64,000 nt of DNA from an uncultured Olsenella sp. (GTDB lineage: Bacteria; Actinomycetota; Coriobacteriia; Coriobacteriales; Atopobiaceae), in assembly GCA_900314495.1 (NCBI GenBank), contig OMVJ01000005.1, forward strand, positions 26,726 to 90,725. The letters are read 5' to 3'. Positions 1-8,629 of the stretch are shown here, in pieces. The notes beneath the pieces are model-generated. The model was not told where the DNA came from, made no database searches, and saw only the letters and a program-made list of their open reading frames with translations. The translations under genes were made by a program, and so were the position numbers. The stretch's first letter is position 1, and each line of letters starts with the position of its first letter.

Positions 1-806
1 TCACACGGTTCCCGCACTACACCGTGGGCTCCAATGCGGACCTGCCCATTGTGGGAGGGTCGATCCTGACCCACGAGCACTTCCAGGGCGGCTGCTACAC
101 CTTTGCCATGGCCAAGGCTGGCCTGCGCCAGGAGCTGAGCTTCCCCGGCTTCCCCGACGTGCGCGCGGGCATTGTGGAATGGCCCATGTCGGTCATACGC
201 CTCAACAGCACCTCTCCCCAGCACATGGTGGCGCTCGCATCCCGCATCCTGGATGCGTGGCGCGGCTACACGGACGAGGCGGCGAACATCTACGTAGAGA
301 CGGACGGGGTACCCCACAACACCATCACCCCCATTGCCCGGCGTCGCGGCCAGGAGTACGAGCTGGACCTGGTGCTGCGCAACAACCTCACGACCGAGGA
401 GTTCCCGCTGGGCGTGTACCATCCCCACGAGGAGCTGTGGCACATCAAGAAGGAAAACATTGGCCTCATTGAGGTCATGGGTCTGGCGGTGCTGCCGGCG
501 CGGCTTGTGGGCGAGATGAGCCGCTTGGAGGAGGTCATCCTCCAAGGGGGAGACCCCGCGAGCGTGCCCGAGATTGCGTCACATGCTGCGTGGGCGGCTC
601 AGGTGGTACGCAAGCATCCCGAGTACGGACCGAACCAGGTATCGCACTTGAGCCAAGAGGGCCGCGACGCCCTTGGCAGTGTTCTTGAGCAGGAGATCGG
701 CCTTGTCTTCGCGCAGGTTCTGGAGCAGTGCGCGGTGTACCCAAACACCCCGGAAGGCAACGAGGGGCTTGCGCGATTCATTCAAAAAGTGATGGAAACG
801 GAGTAA
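1..806 (+). CDS. galT: Galactose-1-phosphate uridylyltransferase (type 2 GalT), C-terminal part; 5' end lies outside the window
   Basis: The frame is open from base 3. ORF 24..806 contains [21 protein letters not shown], the His-x-His block typical of Gram-positive-type GalT. A galactokinase gene follows directly. Confidence 0.85.
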   Translation, partial: TRFPHYTVGSNADLPIVGGSILTHEHFQGGCYTFAMAKAGLRQELSFPGFPDVRAGIVEWPMSVIRLNSTSPQHMVALASRILDAWRGYTDEAANIYVETDGVPHNTITPIARRRGQEYELDLVLRNNLTTEEFPLGVYHPHEELWHIKKENIGLIEVMGLAVLPARLVGEMSRLEEVILQGGDPASVPEIASHAAWAAQVVRKHPEYGPNQVSHLSQEGRDALGSVLEQEIGLVFAQVLEQCAVYPNTPEGNEGLARFIQKVMETE

Positions 807-812
807 GTGGAC

Positions 813-2063
813 ATGAGAATGCCAACGCACGACGAGCTGGTACGGGTATACGGTGCGAGCGCGGACGAGGCGGCCGGCCGCTTTGAGGCCCTAGCCCAGG
901 GCTACGCCCAGACGTTTGGTGCGGATGCCCCGGTACCCATGTACTTTTCGTCCCCAGGGCGGTCAGAGATAATCGGCAACCACACCGACCACAACGGCGG
1001 CCGCATCCTGGCTGCGAGCATCACCATGGACACCATCTGTGCCGCCGCACCAACGGATGACGGCATCGTGACTATTGTGAGCGAGGGGTACGCGGAGCCC
1101 ACGCGCGTGGACACGGCGAACCTGAGCCAGACTCCGCATTGCCAGGGAACGCCGTCGCTTGTTGCCGGCATGATCGAGGCCGCCCAGAGGCGCGGCTACA
1201 CCGTAGGTGGCTTCAACGCGTGCGTCTCGTCTGAGGTTATCCCCTCCGCGGGCGTGAGCTCTTCTGCGTCCTTCGAGATGCTCGTGTGCGAGGTCATCAA
1301 CCACCTGTTCTGCGGCGACGCGATTGCCCACGAGGACTATGCGCGGATAGGCCAGTATGCGGAGAACGTCTGGTGGAACAAGGCCTCCGGGCTCATGGAC
1401 CAGATGGCGTGCGCGGTGGGCGGCACCATCCTGCTTGACTTCTCCAACGGCGTGCGCGTGGAGCCCGTGGACTTTGGCTTTGATCAGCTGGGGTACGACC
1501 TTGTGATCACCAACACCGGCAAGGGCCACGCAGACCTTTCGGCGGAGTATTCCTCGGTTCCGGACGAGATGCATGCAGTGGCGGCGGCACTGGGCAAGAC
1601 GAACCTCTGTCAGACGGACGAGAGCACCCTGCTGGCAGACCTGCCCAGGCTGCGCGAGACGTGCGGCGACCGCCCCGTGCTGCGGGCGCTTCACTACTTT
1701 GAGGAGTGCCGCCGCGTGGACGAGGCCGTGGCTGCCATCCGCTCCGCTGAGCCCGAACGCGTGCTGGGCATCATTACCGCCTCGGGCAACTCTTCCTGGA
1801 AGTGGCTGCAGAACGCTGCCGTCACCGGAAGCGTAGCCGAGCAACCCATTCCCATGGCGTTGGCGCTGACCGAGCTCTTCCTCTCGCGCATTGACGACGG
1901 TGCCTGCAGGCTGCACGGGGGCGGCTTCGCCGGCGTGATTATGTGCGTCGTACCCAAGGCAAGCACTGAGGCGTACGTGGACTACATCTCGGATTACGTG
2001 GGTCGAAGCAACGTGTATCCCACCAACATTCGTGCGACGGGCGTGACGCGGCTGGACGCCTAG
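813..2063 (+). CDS. galK: Galactokinase
   Basis: Galactokinase signature GRSEIIGNHTDHNGG and GHMP-kinase loop PSAGVSSSAS. ATG 813 lies 9 nt after GGAG (800-803). GTG 807 and ATG 819 are alternative starts. Confidence 0.9.
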   Translation: MRMPTHDELVRVYGASADEAAGRFEALAQGYAQTFGADAPVPMYFSSPGRSEIIGNHTDHNGGRILAASITMDTICAAAPTDDGIVTIVSEGYAEPTRVDTANLSQTPHCQGTPSLVAGMIEAAQRRGYTVGGFNACVSSEVIPSAGVSSSASFEMLVCEVINHLFCGDAIAHEDYARIGQYAENVWWNKASGLMDQMACAVGGTILLDFSNGVRVEPVDFGFDQLGYDLVITNTGKGHADLSAEYSSVPDEMHAVAAALGKTNLCQTDESTLLADLPRLRETCGDRPVLRALHYFEECRRVDEAVAAIRSAEPERVLGIITASGNSSWKWLQNAAVTGSVAEQPIPMALALTELFLSRIDDGACRLHGGGFAGVIMCVVPKASTEAYVDYISDYVGRSNVYPTNIRATGVTRLDA

Positions 2064-2077
2064 GGCGGAGGGGCACC

Positions 2078-4039
2078 ATGGTGCGGGACGAGTATGTGAA
2101 GGCACGCAAGGAGGGACTTCGCGAGGTGCAGCGTGCGGCTGCGGCCGGGCGGTTTCCCTACCCGCCTGCCCTGGACGACATTCTGCATGGGCAGGGCACA
2201 CGGGGTGAGGTCTCTGTTGGCGTACGGGAGATTCCCCTCAGGCTTGTAGCGGGAACCAAGACGCGTGGCAGACAGGATGCCTTTTCGTGCGGGTTCATGC
2301 CGCTCTTGGACCCCTCCTCCGAGTTCGCGGACAAGTGGTGCCGCCTGCTGGAGGCTCAGTACGAGGAAGGCATACACGACGCAATAGTGGCTTACGAGTA
2401 CCTGCAGCACTTCTATGTGCAGGAAGGCAACAAGCGCGTGTCTGTCCTGCGGCATGCCGGGGCGCCCAGCATAGCGGCCAACGTGGTCCGCGTGCTGCCC
2501 ATGCCGCAGGACAGCTTGGAATACCGGGTGTACCAGGAGTTCTTGCGCTTCTATGCCGTGGCACCCATCTATGGCATGGAGTTCTCTCGGGAAGGGGGGT
2601 ACGCCCGACTTGCCCGTCTGATGGGCCACGACCTGACGAGCCCGTGGGGCGAGGAGGCGGTGAACCGTCTGCGGTCGGGCTTCGGCGAGTTCGTCTGTGC
2701 CCTCGAGTCATGTGGCGGGGGTTCCGTGGACGTATGTCCAGGTGACGCCTTCCTTGCCTACCTGGACATATATGGTGCCGATGACGTGGGGAACGTGCAC
2801 GGGCGCACCATGGCGGAGCGCGTCAGCCACATTTGGGGCGAGCTTAAGGTCTCAGGCGGGGGAGACAAGATTGCCTATTTGGAGGAGCCGGGCCCCAAGC
2901 CTGTCGTCGCTGTTCCGGGCATACGCGACCTGTACGCAGCAGTTGTGTCTCCGCGCCCCTTCCGCGTTGCCTTCCTTTACGATAAAGACCCCGCTACCGA
3001 CGGGTGGGATGCCCAGCACGAGAAGGGCCGTCTGGAGCTTGAGGATCGCCTGTCCAACCAAGTGGAGACCCTGCGCTTTTGCGATTGTGCAACGTCAGAG
3101 GCCTTTGCCCGTGCTCTGGATGCCGCGCTCGCCGACGACGATGACCTCATAGTCACCACTTCGGGTATGCAGGCGGAGTTCGCGCTGCGTTCTGCCTTGG
3201 CGCATCCCGGCAGGGATTACATCAACTGCTCTGTCAGCATGAGCCATGAGGCGTTGCGCATGTACTACCCCCGCCTCTTTGAGGCAAAGTTTCTGCTGGG
3301 GGCGCTCGCCGCGTGCCTGACCACGAATCACCGCATTGGGTACGTGGCGGACACGCCGGTGTTCAGCAGCACGGCGGAAATCAACGCTTTTGCCATTGGC
3401 GTGTCCATGATTGACCCCGGTGCCCGGGTGTACCTGAAGTGGCTCTCGGCGGCTCCGTACGAATGGAAGCGCGAGCTGGGCGAAGACGGCGTAGACGTCG
3501 TGGAGTTCCGAGACTATCCCGAGCCCACCTTGCCCGACGAACCCTGGGGGCTGTGCGTGCCTGCGTCTGGCACTGCCGCTTGGACGGACGAGGTGGTGTG
3601 TATGGCGCAGCCGGTGTTTGCCTGGGGCCGCTTCTACGAACTCATAGTGCAGTCCATCAGGAGCGACTCTTGGCGCCGCGACCCTGCGCGGCTGAAGGAG
3701 CGGGCTCTCAACTATTGGTGGGGCATGAGGGAGGGAGTCGTGGATGTGCGGCTGGACCAGAAGGTGGGAACCGACCAGCGCAGGCTGATTGAGGTGCTGC
3801 GGCAGTCGCTCCTTTCGGGCGGGATGCACCCCTTCGCCGGCAGGCTGGTCAGCCAAGATGGCGTGGTCCAGCCGGAGGGCAGTCCGCGCCTCTCTGGAGA
3901 GAAGATCGTGCGGATGAGCTGGCTCAACCACAACGTGGTTGGCAGGCTCCCCGAGCCCCGCGAGATTGCGCAGGACCGCGTAGGCGAGGTTGCCGTGAGT
4001 GGGCTCATACCCGTTGATCCCCAGGTACAGAAGCCATGA
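2078..4039 (+). CDS. Cytoplasmic fusion protein: ParB/Srx-like N-terminal domain plus BMP-family (PnrA/Med-like) ligand-binding domain
   Basis: The N-terminus has a ParB-like block (YVQEGNKRVSVLRH, compare DGxHR). Residues ~290-480 resemble BMP-family periplasmic-binding-fold proteins (RVAFLYDKD...GW..., FEAKFLLGALAA, IGYVADTP). No signal peptide or lipobox. RBS GGAGGGG precedes ATG 2078. Confidence 0.55.
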   Translation: MVRDEYVKARKEGLREVQRAAAAGRFPYPPALDDILHGQGTRGEVSVGVREIPLRLVAGTKTRGRQDAFSCGFMPLLDPSSEFADKWCRLLEAQYEEGIHDAIVAYEYLQHFYVQEGNKRVSVLRHAGAPSIAANVVRVLPMPQDSLEYRVYQEFLRFYAVAPIYGMEFSREGGYARLARLMGHDLTSPWGEEAVNRLRSGFGEFVCALESCGGGSVDVCPGDAFLAYLDIYGADDVGNVHGRTMAERVSHIWGELKVSGGGDKIAYLEEPGPKPVVAVPGIRDLYAAVVSPRPFRVAFLYDKDPATDGWDAQHEKGRLELEDRLSNQVETLRFCDCATSEAFARALDAALADDDDLIVTTSGMQAEFALRSALAHPGRDYINCSVSMSHEALRMYYPRLFEAKFLLGALAACLTTNHRIGYVADTPVFSSTAEINAFAIGVSMIDPGARVYLKWLSAAPYEWKRELGEDGVDVVEFRDYPEPTLPDEPWGLCVPASGTAAWTDEVVCMAQPVFAWGRFYELIVQSIRSDSWRRDPARLKERALNYWWGMREGVVDVRLDQKVGTDQRRLIEVLRQSLLSGGMHPFAGRLVSQDGVVQPEGSPRLSGEKIVRMSWLNHNVVGRLPEPREIAQDRVGEVAVSGLIPVDPQVQKP

Positions 4040-4680
4040 GGATTCTGTTCATTGCTGACGTGGAGGAGGGGTGGCTCTACGAGCATTATGACGCCGAGCG
4101 CATGAAAGGCGTGGACCTGGTGGTTTCGTGCGGCGACTTGCCGGCCTGGTACCTGGAGGGAATCGTCTCCCTTTCCAACGTGCCGCTGGCGTACGTCCGC
4201 GGTAACCACGACGTGGCGTACGAGAGTGCGCCACCGCTTGGGTGCGTGGACATCGATGGCTGCCTTCGTGACTTTCGTGGTCTGCGCATACTGGGGCTTG
4301 GCGGCTCCCTGCGCTACAACGACCGCGTGTATGGCTTCTCTGAGAGCGAGATGCTCCGGCGGGTGGGGATGATGGTTCTGCTTGCCCAAGCGTCGGGCGG
4401 GGCGGACGTTGTTGTGACGCATGCCCCCGTGCGCGGATATGGCGACAAGGATGACTTCCCGCACCGTGGCTTCAAGTGCTTCAACCTGCTGCTTGACCGC
4501 CTGAGGCCGCGCTACTTTGTGCATGGTCACGTGCACAGGGAGTACGGATCCTTCCAGCGTACGATGGAGCACCCGTATGGGACGACGATCGTAAACGCGT
4601 GCGGCTCGTACCTGCTGGACATCCCCGACCAGGAGATTCGCGTGCGTGAGGGGATTTCGCTGCGCCCTCCCGCACTGTGA
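4036..4680 (+). CDS. Metallophosphoesterase (calcineurin-like)
   Basis: Motifs SCGDLP, VRGNHD, VVTHAP, VHGHVH. ATGA start/stop overlap with the upstream gene suggests translational coupling. Confidence 0.8.
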   Translation: MRILFIADVEEGWLYEHYDAERMKGVDLVVSCGDLPAWYLEGIVSLSNVPLAYVRGNHDVAYESAPPLGCVDIDGCLRDFRGLRILGLGGSLRYNDRVYGFSESEMLRRVGMMVLLAQASGGADVVVTHAPVRGYGDKDDFPHRGFKCFNLLLDRLRPRYFVHGHVHREYGSFQRTMEHPYGTTIVNACGSYLLDIPDQEIRVREGISLRPPAL

Positions 4681-4741
4681 GACAGGGGGACGCACCTTTT
4701 GTCTCATTCAAATGAGACAAAAGGTGCGTCCCCCTGTCTCA
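4678..4741. repeat. Type-A palindromic repeat, full unit (30-nt arms, 4-nt loop)
   Basis: TGAGACAGGGGGACGCACCTTTTGTCTCAT-TCAA-ATGAGACAAAAGGTGCGTCCCCCTGTCTCA is a perfect inverted repeat. Its first 3 nt are the TGA stop of the preceding gene. Confidence 0.95.
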
Positions 4742-5260
4742 TCCGTGGGAACGATGTCCTCGCAGATGGGCATGTTGTCGAACCCCACCACAGAGCAGTC
4801 CGTTGAGGTGGGCATTGCCGCCGGCCTTGCCTCCTGCGGCAAGAAGCCCTTTGCCGCCAGCCCGGCCAGCTTCCTCACCACGCGCAGCTACGAGCAGTGC
4901 AAGGTGGACTGCGCCTACTCCGATACCAACGTCACGCTCATCGGCATCTCTGGCGGCGTGAGCTACGGCGCGCTGGGCATGAGCCACCACTCCACGCAGG
5001 ACCTGGCCGCCACGAGCGCCATCCCCAACATGCGCGTGTACGTGCCCAGCGACCGCTTCCAGACGGCAGAGCTCATAAAGGCCCTGCTCAAGGATGACAA
5101 GTGCGCCTAGCTGCGCGTGGGCCGCAACCCCGTGGAGGACGTGTACACGGAGGACTGCCGCCCCTTCGAGTTCAACAAGGCAACTTGGGTGCGCGGCAAC
5201 GCAGATGAGGACGCCGCGGGCATCGCGAAGTCCGCCGAGGAGCTCCTCGCCCGCGCCTAG
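4742..5260 (+). pseudogene. Transketolase C-terminal-subunit remnant (5'-truncated, in-frame TAG at 5108-5110, 3'-truncated)
   Basis: The translation EQSVEVGIAAGLASCGKKPFAASPASFLTTRSYEQ...GMSHHSTQDLAATSAIPNMRVYVPSD...*LRVGRNPVEDVY matches the pyrimidine-binding/C-terminal part of split transketolases. It lacks about the first 60 residues and the C-terminal domain. Confidence 0.7.
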
Positions 5261-5378
5261 GCCGCCGCGGGTGGGGCGCCCACGCAAAAGAGCCCGAACC
5301 AAAGGGGCCAGGGGCCTTGGCCGCAACCGCGGCCAGGTCTCTGGCCCCGTTCCTTGAACCAGTTGTTGGGAGGAAAGC

Positions 5379-5597
5379 ATGTCCCGTACCTTCGTCCTTT
5401 CGGTGGACCAGTCCACGCAGGGCACCAAGGCGGTGCTCTTTGCCGAGGACGGCACCGTGGTGGCCAAGACCGCCCGTCCGCACGACCAGATCGTGAACGA
5501 GAAGACTCGGAGCTTCTTTCCGGGTGCCGGAGCGAGTTCCATCATCTCGTCTCTCTCGGTCCACATGCACTGTCCTCCTCTCATTACATCTGTGTAA
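5379..5597 (+). pseudogene. FGGY-family carbohydrate kinase remnant (N-terminal ~40 codons only)
   Basis: MSRTFVLSVDQSTQGTKAVLFAEDGTVVAKTARPHDQIV is a typical glycerol/xylulose-kinase N-terminus with its own RBS (GGGAGGAAAG). Similarity is lost after about codon 42 and the ORF stops at 72 aa. Confidence 0.6.
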
Positions 5598-5806
5598 TAG
5601 ATGGGGCTGAGTGCCATATACTGCCCAGATGCTGACCCTCAATCTGTTCGACTTCGTCTGTGTGCGCCCGCCGGGTTCCTGTGGAGGGCAGAATTGCCTG
5701 GGAAGCCAACCTCGCTAGACTCTCATGCGTTGTCCCGGTGCCACGTGATGCCCTATACCATTCCGAAAACACGCGCACAATCACGCAAAGTCGGAGTAGA
5801 AGATTC

Positions 5807-6973
5807 ATGAGGATCGAACGCCAGTCATATGTGGACAAGCTCGAGGAGCGCAGGGAGAACGGGTCGGTCAAGATTATCACGGGCATCAGGTGCTGCGGCA
5901 AGACCTACCTGCTGTTCGACCTGTACGCCGAGCGGCTGATGGAGACCGGCGCACCCGCAGACAGGATTATCCAGATTGCTCTTGATGACGACGAGAACGC
6001 CGCGCTTAGAGATCCCGGCAAGCTAAGGGAATATATCGGGTCTCGGCTGGATGGCGAGAGGGGCATGTCGTACGTCATGATCGACGAGGTGCAGTATGCC
6101 ATCACCAGAGAGGAGCTTGCCGACCGTGACAACCCCCCGAGGGTCTACGGGGTGCTGAACGGGCTCCTACGTCGCGGGAACGTCGACGTCTACGTCACGG
6201 GTAGCAACTCAAAGCCCTTGTACTCCGACGTGCGGACCGAGTTTCGCGGCCGTGGGGACGAGATTCGCGTGAGGCCCCTGAGCTTCTCCGAGTACCTGCC
6301 GGCTCACGGCGGTACGGCGGAGGACGCATGGCTCGATTACGTTGCGTTCGGAGGGCTCCCGCACATCCTGTCCTTTGCGTCGGACCAGGGCAAGGCGGAC
6401 TATCTCACGGGCCTCATGGACAAGGTCTATATCGATGACATCGTGGAGCGCTTCGGCCTCCGGGGGAGCACCGCTATCGGCAACGTGGTCGACGTCCTCG
6501 CCTCGTCGGTCGGCTCGTTGACAAACCCGACCAACCTGGTGAACACCTTCGCTTCGAGGGGCATGGGGTCGATTGACGACAAGACCGTCCGAGCCTACAT
6601 AGACTACCTGAAGGACGCGTTTCTCGTGGAGGAGGCCTCGCGCTACGACGTCAAGGGGTGCAAGTACATAGGTGCCCAGAGGAAGTACTACTACGAGGAC
6701 CTGGGGCTGCGCAACGCACGGCTAAACTTCCGCCAGCAGGAGGAGACCCACCTGATGGAGAACGCCCTGTACAACGAACTTGTCTGCCGCGGCTACAGCG
6801 TGGACGTCGGCGTGGTCGAGCATGTCGAGAAGGGCGAGGACGGGAGTCGCCACCGCAAGCAGCTGGAGATCGACTTCGTGTGCAACATGGCGAGCAGGCG
6901 CTACGACCGTTCCAAGGTGTTCCAGAGGGCGCCCGTCCACCCGGGCGTCCTCTTTCTGTTTGCTAACGTTTGA
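5807..6973 (+). CDS. AAA-type ATPase (AAA_14/DUF4143-like architecture), C-terminus probably disrupted
   Basis: Walker A GIRCCGKTYLL and Walker B YVMIDEVQ. The C-terminal block LEIDFVCNMASRRY normally continues into a conserved tail, but here it runs into unrelated sequence and a stop. Local GC looks lower than the flanks. Confidence 0.6.
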   Translation: MRIERQSYVDKLEERRENGSVKIITGIRCCGKTYLLFDLYAERLMETGAPADRIIQIALDDDENAALRDPGKLREYIGSRLDGERGMSYVMIDEVQYAITREELADRDNPPRVYGVLNGLLRRGNVDVYVTGSNSKPLYSDVRTEFRGRGDEIRVRPLSFSEYLPAHGGTAEDAWLDYVAFGGLPHILSFASDQGKADYLTGLMDKVYIDDIVERFGLRGSTAIGNVVDVLASSVGSLTNPTNLVNTFASRGMGSIDDKTVRAYIDYLKDAFLVEEASRYDVKGCKYIGAQRKYYYEDLGLRNARLNFRQQEETHLMENALYNELVCRGYSVDVGVVEHVEKGEDGSRHRKQLEIDFVCNMASRRYDRSKVFQRAPVHPGVLFLFANV

Positions 6974-7018
6974 GGCATGTAACCCGCCACGCGGGTGTCC
7001 CTAGGAATGGAGCGCAAG

Positions 7019-8188
7019 ATGGCAGACGACAAGAACGCACCGCAGGTCACACCAGCCGCCGAGGGCCCCCAGGCAGGCGCCGCGCCCGGCCCCGCCCAAC
7101 CCACGGGCGTCATCGGCAAGCTCATCAACGTCATCTCGTCCATCTTCATGCCCTTCCTGGGCGCCTTCAGCGCGGCCGGCCTCATGAAGGCGGTGGCGGC
7201 ATGCTGCAGCTCCTTCGGCTGGCTGGACACCGCGGGCTCCACCTATGTGATCATCAACGCCATCGGCGACGGCCTCTTCCAGTTCCTGCCGCTGGTCATC
7301 GCCCTCACCGCGGCCGACCGCTTCAAGTGCAACAAGTGGATCAGCATCGCCGTGGCGGCCTTCCTCTGCCACCCGGACATCCAGGCGCTCACCACCACCT
7401 TCGCGGACGCGGGTGGTCCCACCTTCTTCGGCATCCCTGTGCAGCTGCCCGGCTCCGGCTACCTGCAGTCCGTCATCCCCATCATCCTTGCCGTGTACTT
7501 CCAGTCTTGGGTTGAGAAGCCCATGGCCAAGCTGCCAGAGACCGTCCGCGGACTCTTCGGCGGCACGCTGACGCTGCTCATCACCAGCGTAGTCACGCTT
7601 CTGGCGGTGGGCCCCGTCGCCAACCTGATCGCGGACCTCGTGGCCGAGGGACTTCTCTGGCTCTTCGACGTCGCGCCCATCGTCGCCGGCTTCGTGATGG
7701 GCGCCATCTGGCCCGTCATGATCATCTTCGGCCTGCACTGGGCGCTGGTTCCGGTGATCATCTCCAACATGGCCACGCTGGGCTACGACTTCATCCTGCC
7801 CGTGACGGCAGGCTCCAACTTCGCCATCGGCGCGGCGGTGCTGGCGGTGCTTCTGAAGACCCGCCTGCCCAAGCTGCGCTCCCTCTGCACGGAGACCCTC
7901 TTCACCGTGTGGATTGGCGGCATCTCGGAGCCCGCCATCTACGGCGTGCTTCTCAAGTACAAGCGCCCCTTCGCCATGATGCTGGTGGGCAGCGGCGTGT
8001 GCGGTGCCTTTGTGGCCAGCTTCGGCATGCGGATAAACGCCCTCATCACCACCTCGTTCGTGACGCTGCCGGCTCTGTGGGGCGCGTGCGGATGGCAGGA
8101 GGTCGTGGGCATAGCCCTGGGCATGGTGGTGACCTTTGCGCTAACGCTGCTCATTGGCTACAGCGACGCCATGGCGGGCGAGGCGTAG
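7019..8188 (+). CDS. PTS EIIC domain protein (glucoside/sucrose-type), lacking EIIB and EIIA domains
   Basis: GVIGKLINVISSIFMPFLGAFSAAGLMKAV and a multi-pass membrane profile typical of BglF/ScrA-type EIIC. The N-terminus retains only an Ala/Pro/Gln linker. ATG 7019 is preceded by GGAG. GTG 6995 and ATG 7007 are alternative starts. Confidence 0.7.
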   Translation: MADDKNAPQVTPAAEGPQAGAAPGPAQPTGVIGKLINVISSIFMPFLGAFSAAGLMKAVAACCSSFGWLDTAGSTYVIINAIGDGLFQFLPLVIALTAADRFKCNKWISIAVAAFLCHPDIQALTTTFADAGGPTFFGIPVQLPGSGYLQSVIPIILAVYFQSWVEKPMAKLPETVRGLFGGTLTLLITSVVTLLAVGPVANLIADLVAEGLLWLFDVAPIVAGFVMGAIWPVMIIFGLHWALVPVIISNMATLGYDFILPVTAGSNFAIGAAVLAVLLKTRLPKLRSLCTETLFTVWIGGISEPAIYGVLLKYKRPFAMMLVGSGVCGAFVASFGMRINALITTSFVTLPALWGACGWQEVVGIALGMVVTFALTLLIGYSDAMAGEA

Positions 8189-8358
8189 CCTGTGGCGGGT
8201 TCTGGCAGCGCCGTGTTTCGCGAGGCGGATGCTGCCACCGAACCGCCTCGCACCGCAATTGTTTCGCTTGTGAAACGGACGCGTTTCGCGGCGGTGCGGT
8301 GTGGCACACTCGGTCATGCTGAGAAAGAGCGCGAGGCACAGAGGGAGGGACGAACATC

Positions 8359-8442
8359 ATGGCAGCTACCAAGCACACCGTTGCAGGCGCCACGTCCCTT
8401 GCTGCCCGCATGCTCTCCAGCATTATTCTTAACCTAGCCTAG
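8359..8442 (+). CDS. Candidate leu-operon leader peptide (27 aa, [27 protein letters not shown])
   Basis: A strong RBS GAGGGAGGGA (8341-8350) lies 8 nt upstream of the ATG. The C-terminal 9 residues contain 3 Leu and 2 Ile. A terminator-like hairpin lies 65 nt downstream, ahead of leuA. Confidence 0.3.
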   Translation: MAATKHTVAGATSLAARMLSSIILNLA

Positions 8443-8506
8443 ACGCGCAGGCCTAAGGGTCGGCGGCCGCATACCGCCACATGCCCAGCCTGACGCGTTG
8501 TTACGA

Positions 8507-8534
8507 GTGCGACCTGCGGGCCGCACTTTTTGTT
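8507..8534 (+). terminator. Candidate attenuator/intrinsic terminator in the leuA 5' leader
   Basis: GTGCGACC-tgcg-GGCCGCAC (7 bp plus one mismatch) is followed by TTTTTGTT, 95 nt upstream of the leuA ATG. Confidence 0.4.
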
Positions 8535-8629
8535 GGCGTGGCGCCGCCAGGCGCGCTGCCGCGGCGCAAGAGATACAACGGTACCTCTCGTCCGGTCGAG
8601 CCCGGACGCAAAGACAAAAGGAGACCCAC

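Noticed and set aside
963-2201. Very long antisense or alternative-frame ORFs throughout the track. Examples:
- 963..2201 (-)
- 8501..10207 (-)
- 10214..11515 (-)
- 12086..13270 (-)
- 32792..34258 (-)
- 34309..35430 (+)
- 47624..49588 (-)
- 50300..51364 (-)
- 54236..55723 (+)
- 56672..57748 (-)
- 60977..61918 (+)
   Set aside because: They lie opposite or out of frame to genes with clear family motifs. Their translations are Arg/Ala/Gly/Pro-rich low complexity, typical of stop-codon-poor frames in high-GC DNA, and they lack RBSs and recognisable motifs.
4646-4720. Recurring peptide starts such as MRQKVRPPVS, MSHLNETKGASPCL, MSHSNETKGASPCLM and MTKGDVSLLTR at several ORFs (4646, 4481-4720, 13234, 19809, 34137-34394, 40506-41048, 46938-47144, 51102-51377, 51356)
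   Set aside because: These are translations of the type-A and type-B DNA repeats themselves. The similarity is at the nucleotide level and the ORFs begin or end inside the palindromes, so they are not a conserved protein family.
5108-5110. In-frame TAG in the transketolase-like ORF as programmed read-through or pyrrolysine
   Set aside because: The gene is also truncated at both ends and its neighbour is a fragment. Plain pseudogenisation explains the stop codon.
8192-8437. 81-aa ORF in the PTS-leuA intergenic region
   Set aside because: It has no RBS and overlaps structured RNA-like inverted repeats. It is out of frame with the better-supported 27-codon leader candidate.
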